DNA of 21,045 nt from Candidatus Caldarchaeales archaeon (GCA_039630055.1 JBCNVN010000026.1:1-21045), one strand, 5' to 3'; positions 8,667-17,432 are shown, counted from the first letter of the stretch. Program-made: numbers and translations. The notes: generated by a model not told the origin, from the letters alone.

Positions 8667-8709
8667 AAACTCTTTACCTTACCCAGCCCATAGATTAAAC
8701 TGTCAACTA

Positions 8710-9516
8710 TCATTTAAATCTCTTCCTAAGCCTTCTAGCAAAGCTTTCACCATCCCTAAATCTAATAAATAAGACATAATCTTCAGATCTTCCAACCTCT
8801 ATACTTACATACTTCTTGAAGACATGCTGGATATGTCCATCTATCGTTATCTGGATATCTGTATCTGATTCAACGGTTATAGTAAAGTTATTGATAAGAG
8901 ATAGTACTACTGTCCTCGTATTGGTTATTGGGCAGACCGGTACCAAGACTGCGGATTCTAGTTGGTCATCTACAGCTGGACCGCCTGCTGAGAAGGCATA
9001 TGCTGTAGAGCCTAGAGGTGTTGAGATTATTAATGCATCTGCTATCGCTCTATACAGCTCAATACCTCTTCTCTCAACTTTAAATTCTATTATCTTTCCT
9101 GGGACGACCGTGGAGATGTATGCCTCATTGAGTGCGTCACCTATCTTCTCACCGTCTCGGGAGAACGAAAGCATTCCAGCCTTCTCTACCTCATATCTTC
9201 CTTCAAGAACTTCTTCGACAGCTTCTATAGATTTTTCAGGTTCCACCTCCATCAAGTATCCTCCTCTTCCATAGTTTATGGTTAGCACCGGAATATTCGG
9301 TCTAGGTAGGAGGTTTATGCTTCTCAGTAATGTTCCATCTCCACCTAATACTATCAATGCCTCAATATCTGCTGGTAAACCATTGTCTAGAGCATTCTCT
9401 ATATTCATCGAGTTAACTATGAAGCCTCTACTCTTTATCAGCATCTCCAGTTCTCTAGCCTTCTCTACCGCTCCAGGTTTTCGAACAGTATATACGATGA
9501 GATACCGTGAACCCAT
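8710..9516 (-). CDS. nadK: NAD kinase
   Basis: GGDGTLL, ALNE, ADALIISTPLGSTAYAFSAGGP, IDG motifs. Confidence 0.93.
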   Translation of the reverse strand: MGSRYLIVYTVRKPGAVEKARELEMLIKSRGFIVNSMNIENALDNGLPADIEALIVLGGDGTLLRSINLLPRPNIPVLTINYGRGGYLMEVEPEKSIEAVEEVLEGRYEVEKAGMLSFSRDGEKIGDALNEAYISTVVPGKIIEFKVERRGIELYRAIADALIISTPLGSTAYAFSAGGPAVDDQLESAVLVPVCPITNTRTVVLSLINNFTITVESDTDIQITIDGHIQHVFKKYVSIEVGRSEDYVLFIRFRDGESFARRLRKRFK

Positions 9517-9699
9517 CTATCCCTTAGAGATCTAGTATTTCTCACCCTTAACTTTATCCACGGCAAAACTTTGAACAAGATAGTACTAGAAAGGCTCATA
9601 TCTATAATCTGGTAATAATAGTCGACGTTTATCAGCTATCTAGATCCTTGATGTTTCGAGGCTAAGATTTAAAAGACCGTTACATCCATATTTGGTTTG

Positions 9700-10593
9700 A
9701 TGTCTAGTGGTGAGTTTTTAGTATATATTGATGGAGAATATTTTCCAAGGTCTCAGGCAAAGGTCTCAGTCTTTGATCATGGATTCCTATATGGTGATGG
9801 AGTATTCGAGGGGATAAGATGTTATGATGGAGTAGTCTTTAAGCTTGTTGAGCATATAGATAGACTATACGAGTCTGCTAAGACGATCATGCTCGATATA
9901 TCTATGAAGAAAGAAGAGATGGTGAACGCTGTCTTAGAGACTATTAGAAGGAACGGTCTTAGAGATGCATATATTAGACTCATAGCAACTAGAGGTGTTG
10001 GAGATCTAGGGCTAGACCCTAGAAAATGTAGTAGGTCATCTATAATCATCATCGTACAGCCTATGGAGCCTCTTCTAGGTAGAGAGGTAAGAGAGAAGGG
10101 TGTCAGACTAATAATCTCATCTGTTAGGAGGGATAGGGTGGATGCTACAAGCCATCAAGCTAAAACATTAAACTATCTCAATAGCATACTGGCCAAGATA
10201 GAAGCAATAAATGCAGGGGTAGACGATGCCATCCTACTAGATGATAGAGGCTTCGTATCGGAAGCAAGCGCAGCCAACCTATTTATCGTAAAGAATAGTG
10301 TATTGTCTACGCCTCCCCAAACCTCTGGGATACTGCCAGGAATAACTAGAGCGGTAGTAATGGAGCTGGCTAGGAAGATTGGGTATAGAGTTGAAGAGAG
10401 GGACATCACACCACACGAACTATACACGGCTAACGAGGTCTTCTTAACCGGTACAGCTGCAGAGATCGTTCCAGTAATCGAGATAAGTAAGAGAAAGATA
10501 GGAGATGGGGTGCCTGGACCGATAACAAAGAAGTTAATCGAGGAGTTCGATAAGGTTAAGAGAGACCCCTCATATGGTGTAAAAGTCTACTAG
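9700..10593 (+). CDS. ilvE: Branched-chain amino acid aminotransferase (PLP fold IV)
   Basis: DHGFLYGDGVFEG, catalytic AKTLNYL, SEASAANLF, ILPGITR, FLTGTAAE. ATG 9700 preferred over TTG 9697. Confidence 0.93.
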   Translation: MSSGEFLVYIDGEYFPRSQAKVSVFDHGFLYGDGVFEGIRCYDGVVFKLVEHIDRLYESAKTIMLDISMKKEEMVNAVLETIRRNGLRDAYIRLIATRGVGDLGLDPRKCSRSSIIIIVQPMEPLLGREVREKGVRLIISSVRRDRVDATSHQAKTLNYLNSILAKIEAINAGVDDAILLDDRGFVSEASAANLFIVKNSVLSTPPQTSGILPGITRAVVMELARKIGYRVEERDITPHELYTANEVFLTGTAAEIVPVIEISKRKIGDGVPGPITKKLIEEFDKVKRDPSYGVKVY

Positions 10594-10686
10594 AAATCGT
10601 TTAAAGATCGTACAACGGGTTTAAGATAAGACCTCCAATACTCAAAGTATAGAGGATAAAGTTATTGAAGAGAATATGTGGAAATA

Positions 10687-11193
10687 TTATACTCTCTTAT
10701 CTTCTTGGGATAGGAGGATCTCTGCCACCCATCTAGCTACTTTTCCAGTCACGTCTGGACATTTATCTCTATGAGCCCCCATCTCCTCGAATCTATTATA
10801 GTCTTCCGGGTCCCAGAGGTTGAATGATCTCCCAAAAATCTTGGACTGTACATCTCTACATATACAGCTTCCAAACTCTTTTACGAATATGTCATAGAGT
10901 TCTTTAGCTTTCTGATATGATTGGAGAAATCTACCTTTTCCCATGTCTTCTAGACCTCGACCATAGATGTATCCTAGGGCCATGGCCCCACCTGTGAGCG
11001 CGCCGCATGTCCCATTCCCACTTAATCCTAGACCACCCGCTAAGGGATGTGCAGATTTGATGACCGCACCCATCCCATCTAGACTGAAGACTTCACATAA
11101 TGCTCTCAGGACGGCTTGGGGACAGCTTCCATACTCAGCCTCATACTTGAACGCCAATTTATAGGCTCTCTCCGGAATACTCACATCCAACAC
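10687..11193 (-). CDS. C_GCAxxG_C_C family putative redox-active protein
   Basis: Cys pattern SCPQAV...GTCGALTGG...SCICRD...KC. Confidence 0.85.
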   Translation of the reverse strand: MLDVSIPERAYKLAFKYEAEYGSCPQAVLRALCEVFSLDGMGAVIKSAHPLAGGLGLSGNGTCGALTGGAMALGYIYGRGLEDMGKGRFLQSYQKAKELYDIFVKEFGSCICRDVQSKIFGRSFNLWDPEDYNRFEEMGAHRDKCPDVTGKVARWVAEILLSQEDKRV

Positions 11194-11362
11194 CTCTGAG
11201 AACTATGACATCAGCTTTTACTAATGTATTTCTTTAAATGTATAAAACTAGTCTATCTATGGACCGCTCCATGTCTCCAAGCCTCTAACCTAGACCATCC
11301 AATATAGAAGATGATGGAAAGACAATATTTTTAAAATCTAGGTTAAAGTAGATCTATCGAGG

Positions 11363-11779
11363 ATGGTTCTAAGGATTAGTAGTGAAGCTTTGAGAGAGAT
11401 TCTAGACCACTGTCTACTTTCTTCCCCTGAAGAATGCTGCGGCTTACTCATTGGGCGTAGAATTGAAGATGTGGTGAATGTTCAAAGGATCAAGAAGACC
11501 AAGAACATCTATCCAGATGATAAGAGGGTTGGATACATTGTTGATCCTCTAGATTATCTTGAAGCTGAGAAGGAAGCGGAGAAGTATGGATTGGAGGTGG
11601 TAGGCGTCTATCATTCACATATCTGGGTTGGACCCTTTCCATCTATAAGAGACTTAGAGCAAGCGATACCTGGATACATATATCTAATAGTATCTCTATC
11701 TTCAGGGCCAGCATATAGAGCATGGACGATGGAGAAGGACATGAAAAAATTTAGAGAAGAAACAATAGAGATAATCTAG
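11363..11779 (+). CDS. JAMM/MPN+ (M67) metallopeptidase
   Basis: PEECCGLLIG and the JAMM motif GVYHSH-x5-PSxxD (HSHIWVGPFPSIRD). Confidence 0.9.
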   Translation: MVLRISSEALREILDHCLLSSPEECCGLLIGRRIEDVVNVQRIKKTKNIYPDDKRVGYIVDPLDYLEAEKEAEKYGLEVVGVYHSHIWVGPFPSIRDLEQAIPGYIYLIVSLSSGPAYRAWTMEKDMKKFREETIEII

Positions 11780-11818
11780 AACCTCTAATCTTTTAACGGT
11801 TTATCTTATCCTGCCTCT

Positions 11819-11887
11819 CAGCTCAGCTCCCCCAGGGCTAGACTCATCTCTAAGCAGACTCATCCTCTGAGTCCATCATCATCGCTA
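11819..11887 (-). ncRNA. Probable box C/D sRNA (K-turn RNA)
   Basis: Minus strand: box C ATGATGA (11882-11876), internal C'-like GAGATGA, box D CTGA (11826-11823), 60 nt from C to D. Flanking TAGC/GCTG closes a K-turn with a 3-nt bulge. TATATA about 25 nt upstream. GC-richer than the flanks. Confidence 0.65.
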
Positions 11888-11948
11888 ACAATAGATCATG
11901 TTAAACTCTATATATCCTTAATCCTTAAGAGAATACTCTTTATCTAGG

Positions 11949-12554
11949 ATGCGCTTTCTAGATAGTATGCATAGTACTAAGAGGGTTAATAGGATAGCTA
12001 TCGGAGTAACGGGTGCGAGCGGCGTCATATATGCTAAGCGTCTCCTCGAAGTCTTGAATACTAAAGATGTTGAAGTCCATCTAGTAATAAGTAAGACCGC
12101 TGAGAAGATCATAGAGTATGAGCTTAACGTTGGTAGAGATTATCTGGAAAAGCTTGCAAGATATAGTTATAGTGAAGATGATATAGATGCTCCACTCGCT
12201 AGCGGCTCCTTCAAGATGGATGGAATGGTGATAGTACCATGTAGTGTGAAGACTGTTGCAGGTATAGTCTCTGGATATACGGATAACCTGATACTGAGAG
12301 CGGCGGATGTAGCTTTAAAAGAGAAGAGGAAGCTGATACTGGTCCCCCGTGAGACTCCTCTAAACGTTATACATCTACGGAATATGTTAGAGCTTGCAAA
12401 ACTTGGAGTAATAATACTTCCAGCTATGCCTGCATTCTATCATAAGCCAGAGAAGATAGAGGAACTTGTAGACTTCATAGTTGGAAAGATACTTGACATA
12501 CTTGGAATAGAACATGAACTATTTAGGAGATGGGGTGGGGAAACATATAAATGA
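11949..12554 (+). CDS. ubiX: UbiX-family flavin prenyltransferase
   Basis: IGVTGASG, ASGS, VPCSVKT, RAADVALKEKRKLILVPRETPL, PAMPAFYHKP. True start may be ATG 11967. Confidence 0.93.
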   Translation: MRFLDSMHSTKRVNRIAIGVTGASGVIYAKRLLEVLNTKDVEVHLVISKTAEKIIEYELNVGRDYLEKLARYSYSEDDIDAPLASGSFKMDGMVIVPCSVKTVAGIVSGYTDNLILRAADVALKEKRKLILVPRETPLNVIHLRNMLELAKLGVIILPAMPAFYHKPEKIEELVDFIVGKILDILGIEHELFRRWGGETYK

Positions 12555-12613
12555 ACTATGTGAATACATGTAGATAAAGAAAATTTTTAGATATCATATA
12601 TATTGAGCTGGAC

Positions 12614-12979
12614 ATGGAGTATAGGAGAATAGATGATAAGGTTATCGTAAGACTAGATCCTGGAGATGAGATTGTAGGGAAATTGGAAGAGTTAAGAAGT
12701 AGGGAGGGTTTGAATGGCTTCTTCTATGGGATAGGAACGGTAAACTACTTAAAACTAGGATTCTACGATCTTAAGACTAGAAGATATATTGAGAAAGAAT
12801 TCTATGAAGATCTTGAAGTTACATGTCTACTGGGAAATATTGGAAGAGATGGAGTCCACTCCCATATAACGGTTACAGATAGAGATTATAGAGCTTTAGG
12901 AGGCCATCTTATAGAAGCGAGAGTATCGGGAACGCTCGAGATGACCATCTTTACTATTAAGGGAGAATTAGCACGATAG
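12614..12979 (+). CDS. PPC/DUF296-domain protein (AF0104-like), probably frameshifted near the C-terminus
   Basis: VRLDPGDEI, GIG, LEVTCLLGNI, HSHITV, GGHL. The expected tail (DEETSL) continues in another frame to 13020. Confidence 0.8.
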   Translation: MEYRRIDDKVIVRLDPGDEIVGKLEELRSREGLNGFFYGIGTVNYLKLGFYDLKTRRYIEKEFYEDLEVTCLLGNIGRDGVHSHITVTDRDYRALGGHLIEARVSGTLEMTIFTIKGELAR

Positions 12980-13318
12980 ATGAAGAAACGAGTTTAAGAA
13001 GAATGGCAATAATAACGTAACAATATTATACATCTGAGTTAGATTCTTTAATCAAGCATAGATTGCTGAGCTTCCACCGATACTCAGATAACTCCATCAA
13101 TACATTTACAATTTCTTCAGACAACCACATAATACAGCTTCTTCTACCGTTCCTATCTGGAAATACACCAATACTTAGGTCATCTTTTGCATGATCTTAA
13201 AAATGATTTTTATGTTACGCCTTAACTCTTAAATAAACTTTTTTACATGCTTACCATTATTCTCCAGATCTAAACCGCAAATTTAGGTAAGAGAATCCTA
13301 GGAGATTCGATCGAGACC

Positions 13319-13714
13319 TTAAAGATCTGAAGAATCTTTAGGATTCTCTATTACAGCTTCTCCAGAAGGTGTTATCCTGTATCTGTATGGTTTTCCCTCT
13401 CTAACTACCAGCCCAGACTCCACCATCTTCTTTAAAAGCCTTGCAGTATGCTCTCTACTCAAGCCCAGGGCTATGCTCACTTCTCTAGCACTTAGAGAAC
13501 CTTTACTGAGAACTTCTAAAGCTTTAATAATACTCTCATTAAACTTTATGTCTTCTCCATGTTGTGACATCTGTGATATGTGTGATTTTTTCATAGTATT
13601 ATCAATCTTCTTCTTCAATCTTAGAAGGAGTAAGGTGTAGAGCAAGGTCTGGGCTACAAACATCGTCGAGAATATTATTGCAGTCGTTGTGATATCAATC
13701 TCCATACTGTCCAC
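13319..13714 (-). CDS. Membrane-anchored winged-helix DNA-binding protein
   Basis: N-terminal TM (TAIIFSTMFVAQTLLYTLLLL) followed by RLKKK; C-terminal wHTH LSAREVSIALGLSREHTARLLKKMVESGLVVREG..YRYRIT..G. Confidence 0.8.
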   Translation of the reverse strand: MDSMEIDITTTAIIFSTMFVAQTLLYTLLLLRLKKKIDNTMKKSHISQMSQHGEDIKFNESIIKALEVLSKGSLSAREVSIALGLSREHTARLLKKMVESGLVVREGKPYRYRITPSGEAVIENPKDSSDL

Positions 13715-14113
13715 CTATCTTGTGACATCACGAAATCTTATAGATTTTAACAGGTCTAAACCCTCATCTACTTCGCCTCTTCCCAGCCTTTCGGCAACTT
13801 CCAAGAGCCTAGATAAGCCGGAATCACTCAAGATCCCAAGATACCTTAAAAAAAGTATTGTATAGATGCTTTTACGTATGTTTTTTATTGCTTGGGCCTT
13901 CGTAGTAGCATAAGCACCTTTCGAGACGCCTCTAATAGAAGCTTTAAATTCAGTATCAATCCTTCCACCATTAGATTGGGAGGCATACTCGATCAATAGA
14001 GTCTCGATTTGGGTCTCTGTCAGGGAAGACCCCTTCATCAAGACCTCTAAAATCCCATCGCCTTCAATATTCAATCCATTTTCTTTAAGAAAATCCAGTA
14101 CCTTCTTCTTCAC
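13715..14113 (-). CDS. Hypothetical protein with a Tfx/sigma70 region 4-like HTH
   Basis: LTETQIETLL...KASIRGVSKGAY...AQAIKNIRKS. GTG start preceded by a strong SD-like GGAGGGGG; the stop directly abuts the next gene's start. Confidence 0.7.
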   Translation of the reverse strand: MKKKVLDFLKENGLNIEGDGILEVLMKGSSLTETQIETLLIEYASQSNGGRIDTEFKASIRGVSKGAYATTKAQAIKNIRKSIYTILFLRYLGILSDSGLSRLLEVAERLGRGEVDEGLDLLKSIRFRDVTR

Positions 14114-14177
14114 AGTCTTCCCCCTCCACGTTATACAAAAATGTAGACGGACCAGTATTTAGAAAGTCATAGATAAT

Positions 14178-14624
14178 TTATGGAGAAGTAATACTATAAG
14201 ACTTGTCTGGTAGTGCTCTCGGATAGTGTTGTGTATCTACACTTAGATGTGCTAGCTTATATCTTATATTGTTTCCCGTTCCATATCTTTCTAGGAATCC
14301 TCTATCTGCAAGTCTCGAGAGGTATGTTGACGCTGTTGAGAGGCTTAAAGGCTCCCGGTACTCTGCTATATATGCTTCAACAACATCTCTAGAAGAGAAG
14401 AAGGTTAGAGGAAAATACTTGGTGATCACTCTAGCTAATTTTGAGAGCTTACTGCTCTCGATTAAGCCGATGTTAGAGTTATCATTCTGCTGTCCACCAT
14501 AAAGTTCTAGGAAATCTGCAAGCTGGATAAGTTTCTCCCTATCTATCCTACCCTCCATTATGAGGATAAGTCTATCTCCTTCATCATTTGTCAACTCCAA
14601 CTTTACCTTCTTCCTAGATGCCAT
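14178..14624 (-). CDS. Winged-helix DNA-binding protein with a small N-terminal beta/alpha domain
   Basis: FSSRDVVEAY...LSLSTASTYLSRLADRGFLER.G....RYKL. ATG 14624 preferred over TTG 14633. Confidence 0.8.
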   Translation of the reverse strand: MASRKKVKLELTNDEGDRLILIMEGRIDREKLIQLADFLELYGGQQNDNSNIGLIESSKLSKLARVITKYFPLTFFSSRDVVEAYIAEYREPLSLSTASTYLSRLADRGFLERYGTGNNIRYKLAHLSVDTQHYPRALPDKSYSITSP

Positions 14625-14710
14625 TGGAGCCAATGCAAATACATTATCACATCAAAGATGAATGAATATAAGCTTTAAATGGCCAACAACCTGAAAATAT
14701 TTTCTACGTA

Positions 14711-15019
14711 CTACCTTGGACTTGTAGAGGTATCCTTTCCAATAGACCTAATTATCTCAAGTATAGAGATCGCCATCCAGAACTGCGTTCTAGCAAAGAC
14801 CGGCATATTAGGATCATTAATTACTTCTTCAATCATCTCGATCGCATTCGCTGCTCTAACAGCTATCGGATACCTCTCATCAAATAATGCATCTGAAGCA
14901 GCTTTAGCAACCCTCCTAATATTTCTAGGAGTATTAGTATCGTTAGCTATACTCTCTAAGATCTGGACGACATTCTCTCTCTTAGCCTCCCAACCCTCAA
15001 CTTCAGGATCTTCAATCAA
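14711..15019 (-). CDS. UPF0147 family protein
   Basis: DTNTPRNIRR, AVRAANAI, DPNMPVFARTQFW; TTG start after a G-rich SD-like tract. Confidence 0.88.
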   Translation of the reverse strand: MIEDPEVEGWEAKRENVVQILESIANDTNTPRNIRRVAKAASDALFDERYPIAVRAANAIEMIEEVINDPNMPVFARTQFWMAISILEIIRSIGKDTSTSPR

Positions 15020-15224
15020 TCTTAACCCCCCAGTTCTCAGAAGATACTCTCTGATCCTACCATAAAAGCCTACTTATAGGCTGAGGATCATAGAATATTA
15101 GAAGAATACTCTGATCTCATAGAATAAGGATTTCCATAGAGGTCTTTGAGGATGCTCTACAGAATCTCAACCTCATAGCGTATTGAGAAGAAATTAATAA
15201 GAAGGCTAGTAGAACCTACTTGGG

Positions 15225-16376
15225 ATGGAATCAGTCTACATATATCTAATAAGTATAGCCTCATCTTGGACTATTATCTATCTCATAGTTAGATGGAGGT
15301 GGAGTAGTAGATTAAAGAATTCACGTAATCTTGTTTTCTATCCTCTATTCTTCATGGTAAGATCAATCAGGATGGTTAATTACATGGATAAGATCTCATC
15401 TTCAAATAGGCTTCTCTGGAAGATTCTATCTAATATCGGTTTAGCTACTTCTATCGGTCTCTCATTCTTTGCAGTATATTATCTTGTAGATAACTTGAAG
15501 ATCTATCTTTTTAGACCTGAGACGGTGGGTATCGGTAATATTGTTATCCCACTTATAATTGGGGTAACTATAAGGTTTGAGCATCTACCATACTTGTTGA
15601 TTGCCTTCGCTATAGTCTTGATAACTCATGAGGGAATGCATGGTATAGTAGCAAGACTTGAAGGAATAAAGCTAAAATCTACGGGAGCCTTCATAGCATT
15701 CATCCTCCCAGGAGGATTCGTAGAACCTGATGAAGAAGATTTCAAGAACTCTCCAACAATATCTAAGATGAAGGTGGCCGCTGCAGGAAGCTTTGCAAAT
15801 CTATTGGTAGGAGTGATAACGCTCTTCCTAATCTTGGGATTATTTCTACCAACTGTTAGTGGTGTAATGGTCTTGGAGACTTCAGGAGAGGTCTATGGAC
15901 CTGGCCCCAATGAGGTTATCTATTCTATAAACGGTGTTCCCGTAAATCCAGATACACTCTTCCAAAACATCACTCTAGTAGACTACTTTATAGTAGAGAC
16001 GAATAAGAAAAATTATACCTACCAGGTGAAGGAGGCCACGTCTATTCCATTAGGCTGGATACTTAGAAGCATAGGAGTAATACGTATAGATTATTATCGG
16101 CCCACCATATTCGGCCTCGGAGAACCTGAACTAGAGTATTCTTTCTATAGAGCTCTCTGGTGGCTGCAGCTGATCGCTTTCGGTGTAGCCATATTCAACA
16201 TGCTTCCAGTAAAGATTCTTGACGGCCATCTTCTATACATGTCCCTGATACAGTCTAGGGTGAAGGATGAAAAACGACTGAAGATCATGGATAACACGAT
16301 TACAATAGCCTGTCTAACACTTCTCGTACTAAACATCTTCTTCACATATAAAACTTTTGGGTTCTTCCAGCTCTGA
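15225..16376 (+). CDS. Site-2 protease (M50 intramembrane metalloprotease) with a degenerate PDZ-like insert
   Basis: HEGMH, GGFVEPD, AAGSFAN, FNMLPVKILDG, multiple TMs; 'GPGPNEVIYSINGVPV' is a PDZ-like strand. Confidence 0.92.
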   Translation: MESVYIYLISIASSWTIIYLIVRWRWSSRLKNSRNLVFYPLFFMVRSIRMVNYMDKISSSNRLLWKILSNIGLATSIGLSFFAVYYLVDNLKIYLFRPETVGIGNIVIPLIIGVTIRFEHLPYLLIAFAIVLITHEGMHGIVARLEGIKLKSTGAFIAFILPGGFVEPDEEDFKNSPTISKMKVAAAGSFANLLVGVITLFLILGLFLPTVSGVMVLETSGEVYGPGPNEVIYSINGVPVNPDTLFQNITLVDYFIVETNKKNYTYQVKEATSIPLGWILRSIGVIRIDYYRPTIFGLGEPELEYSFYRALWWLQLIAFGVAIFNMLPVKILDGHLLYMSLIQSRVKDEKRLKIMDNTITIACLTLLVLNIFFTYKTFGFFQL

Positions 16377-16381
16377 GAAAT

Positions 16382-17323
16382 CTAAAACACCATCTTTTTA
16401 ACAATAATATCTTCTATCTCGCAAGCTCTACATATTTTTCTAGATGTAGGCTCGCCACACCTCGTACATCTACCACTCTCTCGATCACTCTTCTCAAAGA
16501 TTCTTTCAAAACTTTTTAGAGCTGAGAAGAGGCTTCCCGGAAACCTCTCTTCATACTCGGTTAAGAACGATCTAATAGGGTCTCTCATAGATTCTTCAGC
16601 ATAAGGGCACTCATAAGTCTGGAAAGGAATCCCTGATAGATATGCATACAAGACTACCTCACGTTCAGGTATAAGTCTGAGAGGAGCTACTCTAGGGATA
16701 ACCCCTTCAGCCCCCCTCCTAACCCCGATAGGCGTGAATCTAGTATCCCCACGTAGAATATTCAATAGGTATGTCTGGACCACATCATCTAGAGTATGGG
16801 CAGTCGCTATAACCGTAGCTCCAACCTTCTCGGCGGCCAATGTTAAAGCCTTTCTTCTCAGTACACCACATATAGTACATGGCCGCAGGTTTATCGATCT
16901 TGCAACACCCTTCTCTACTATCTCCGTCAGAGTGAATCCGTATAGTTTCTCGAAGCTGAAGACATAGTGGGGTACACCAATCTTCTTAACATATTCTTCT
17001 GCATTCTTTATAGCTTCATCTCTATAATCTGGTATTCCTTCATCGATCGTTACAGCAACCAAGCTAGCACTCGGATAATCTTTCTCGATCTCTGCCAAGA
17101 TCTTTAAGAGGGATAGGCTGTCTTTTCCTCCTGAAACAGCTACAGCGATCTTATCGAAAGGTTTTAAAAGATCATACCTCGAGATCGTGTATCTTACCTT
17201 CTCAACGATATTCTCTAGGAAACATCTACGGCAGAGTCTTTCACCAGAATACCTCCTATAATAAACTATCTCGCTATTACCGCAGAAGCTACAATTCTCT
17301 AACCCGATCTCTAAACCCTCCAA
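16382..17323 (-). CDS. tRNA 2-thiolation enzyme, TtuA/NcsA/Ctu1 family (TIGR00269-like)
   Basis: N-terminal CxxC..CxxC, PP-loop SGGKDS, CTICGVLRR, TAHTLDD, CPY, C-terminal CxxC..CxxC; TTG start. Confidence 0.92.
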   Translation of the reverse strand: MEGLEIGLENCSFCGNSEIVYYRRYSGERLCRRCFLENIVEKVRYTISRYDLLKPFDKIAVAVSGGKDSLSLLKILAEIEKDYPSASLVAVTIDEGIPDYRDEAIKNAEEYVKKIGVPHYVFSFEKLYGFTLTEIVEKGVARSINLRPCTICGVLRRKALTLAAEKVGATVIATAHTLDDVVQTYLLNILRGDTRFTPIGVRRGAEGVIPRVAPLRLIPEREVVLYAYLSGIPFQTYECPYAEESMRDPIRSFLTEYEERFPGSLFSALKSFERIFEKSDRESGRCTRCGEPTSRKICRACEIEDIIVKKMVF

Positions 17324-17408
17324 AAAGCATCTAACATATTCTTCAACTTAAACCCACATAATTTACTAATGCTCCTAAGAATAATCAATAAAAAATTTAA
17401 ATATAGTA

Positions 17409-17432
17409 AAATCTTAAGAGAAATCTTAAGAG
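17409..17432. repeat. Tandem 12-bp repeat (AAATCTTAAGAG x2), each unit containing the palindrome TCTTAAGA
   Basis: Read directly from the sequence. Confidence 0.8.

Noticed and set aside
11821-11883. CRISPR mini-array, transposon end or riboswitch reading of the AGACTCATC repeats
   Set aside because: Only two 9-bp copies with a very short gap, and no cas or transposase gene; the C/D box interpretation fits better.
13026-13130. 34-codon minus-strand ORF MWLSEEIVNVLMELSEYRWKLSNLCLIKESNSDV
   Set aside because: Short, with no motif or clear initiation signal; may be chance or a gene remnant and cannot be supported.
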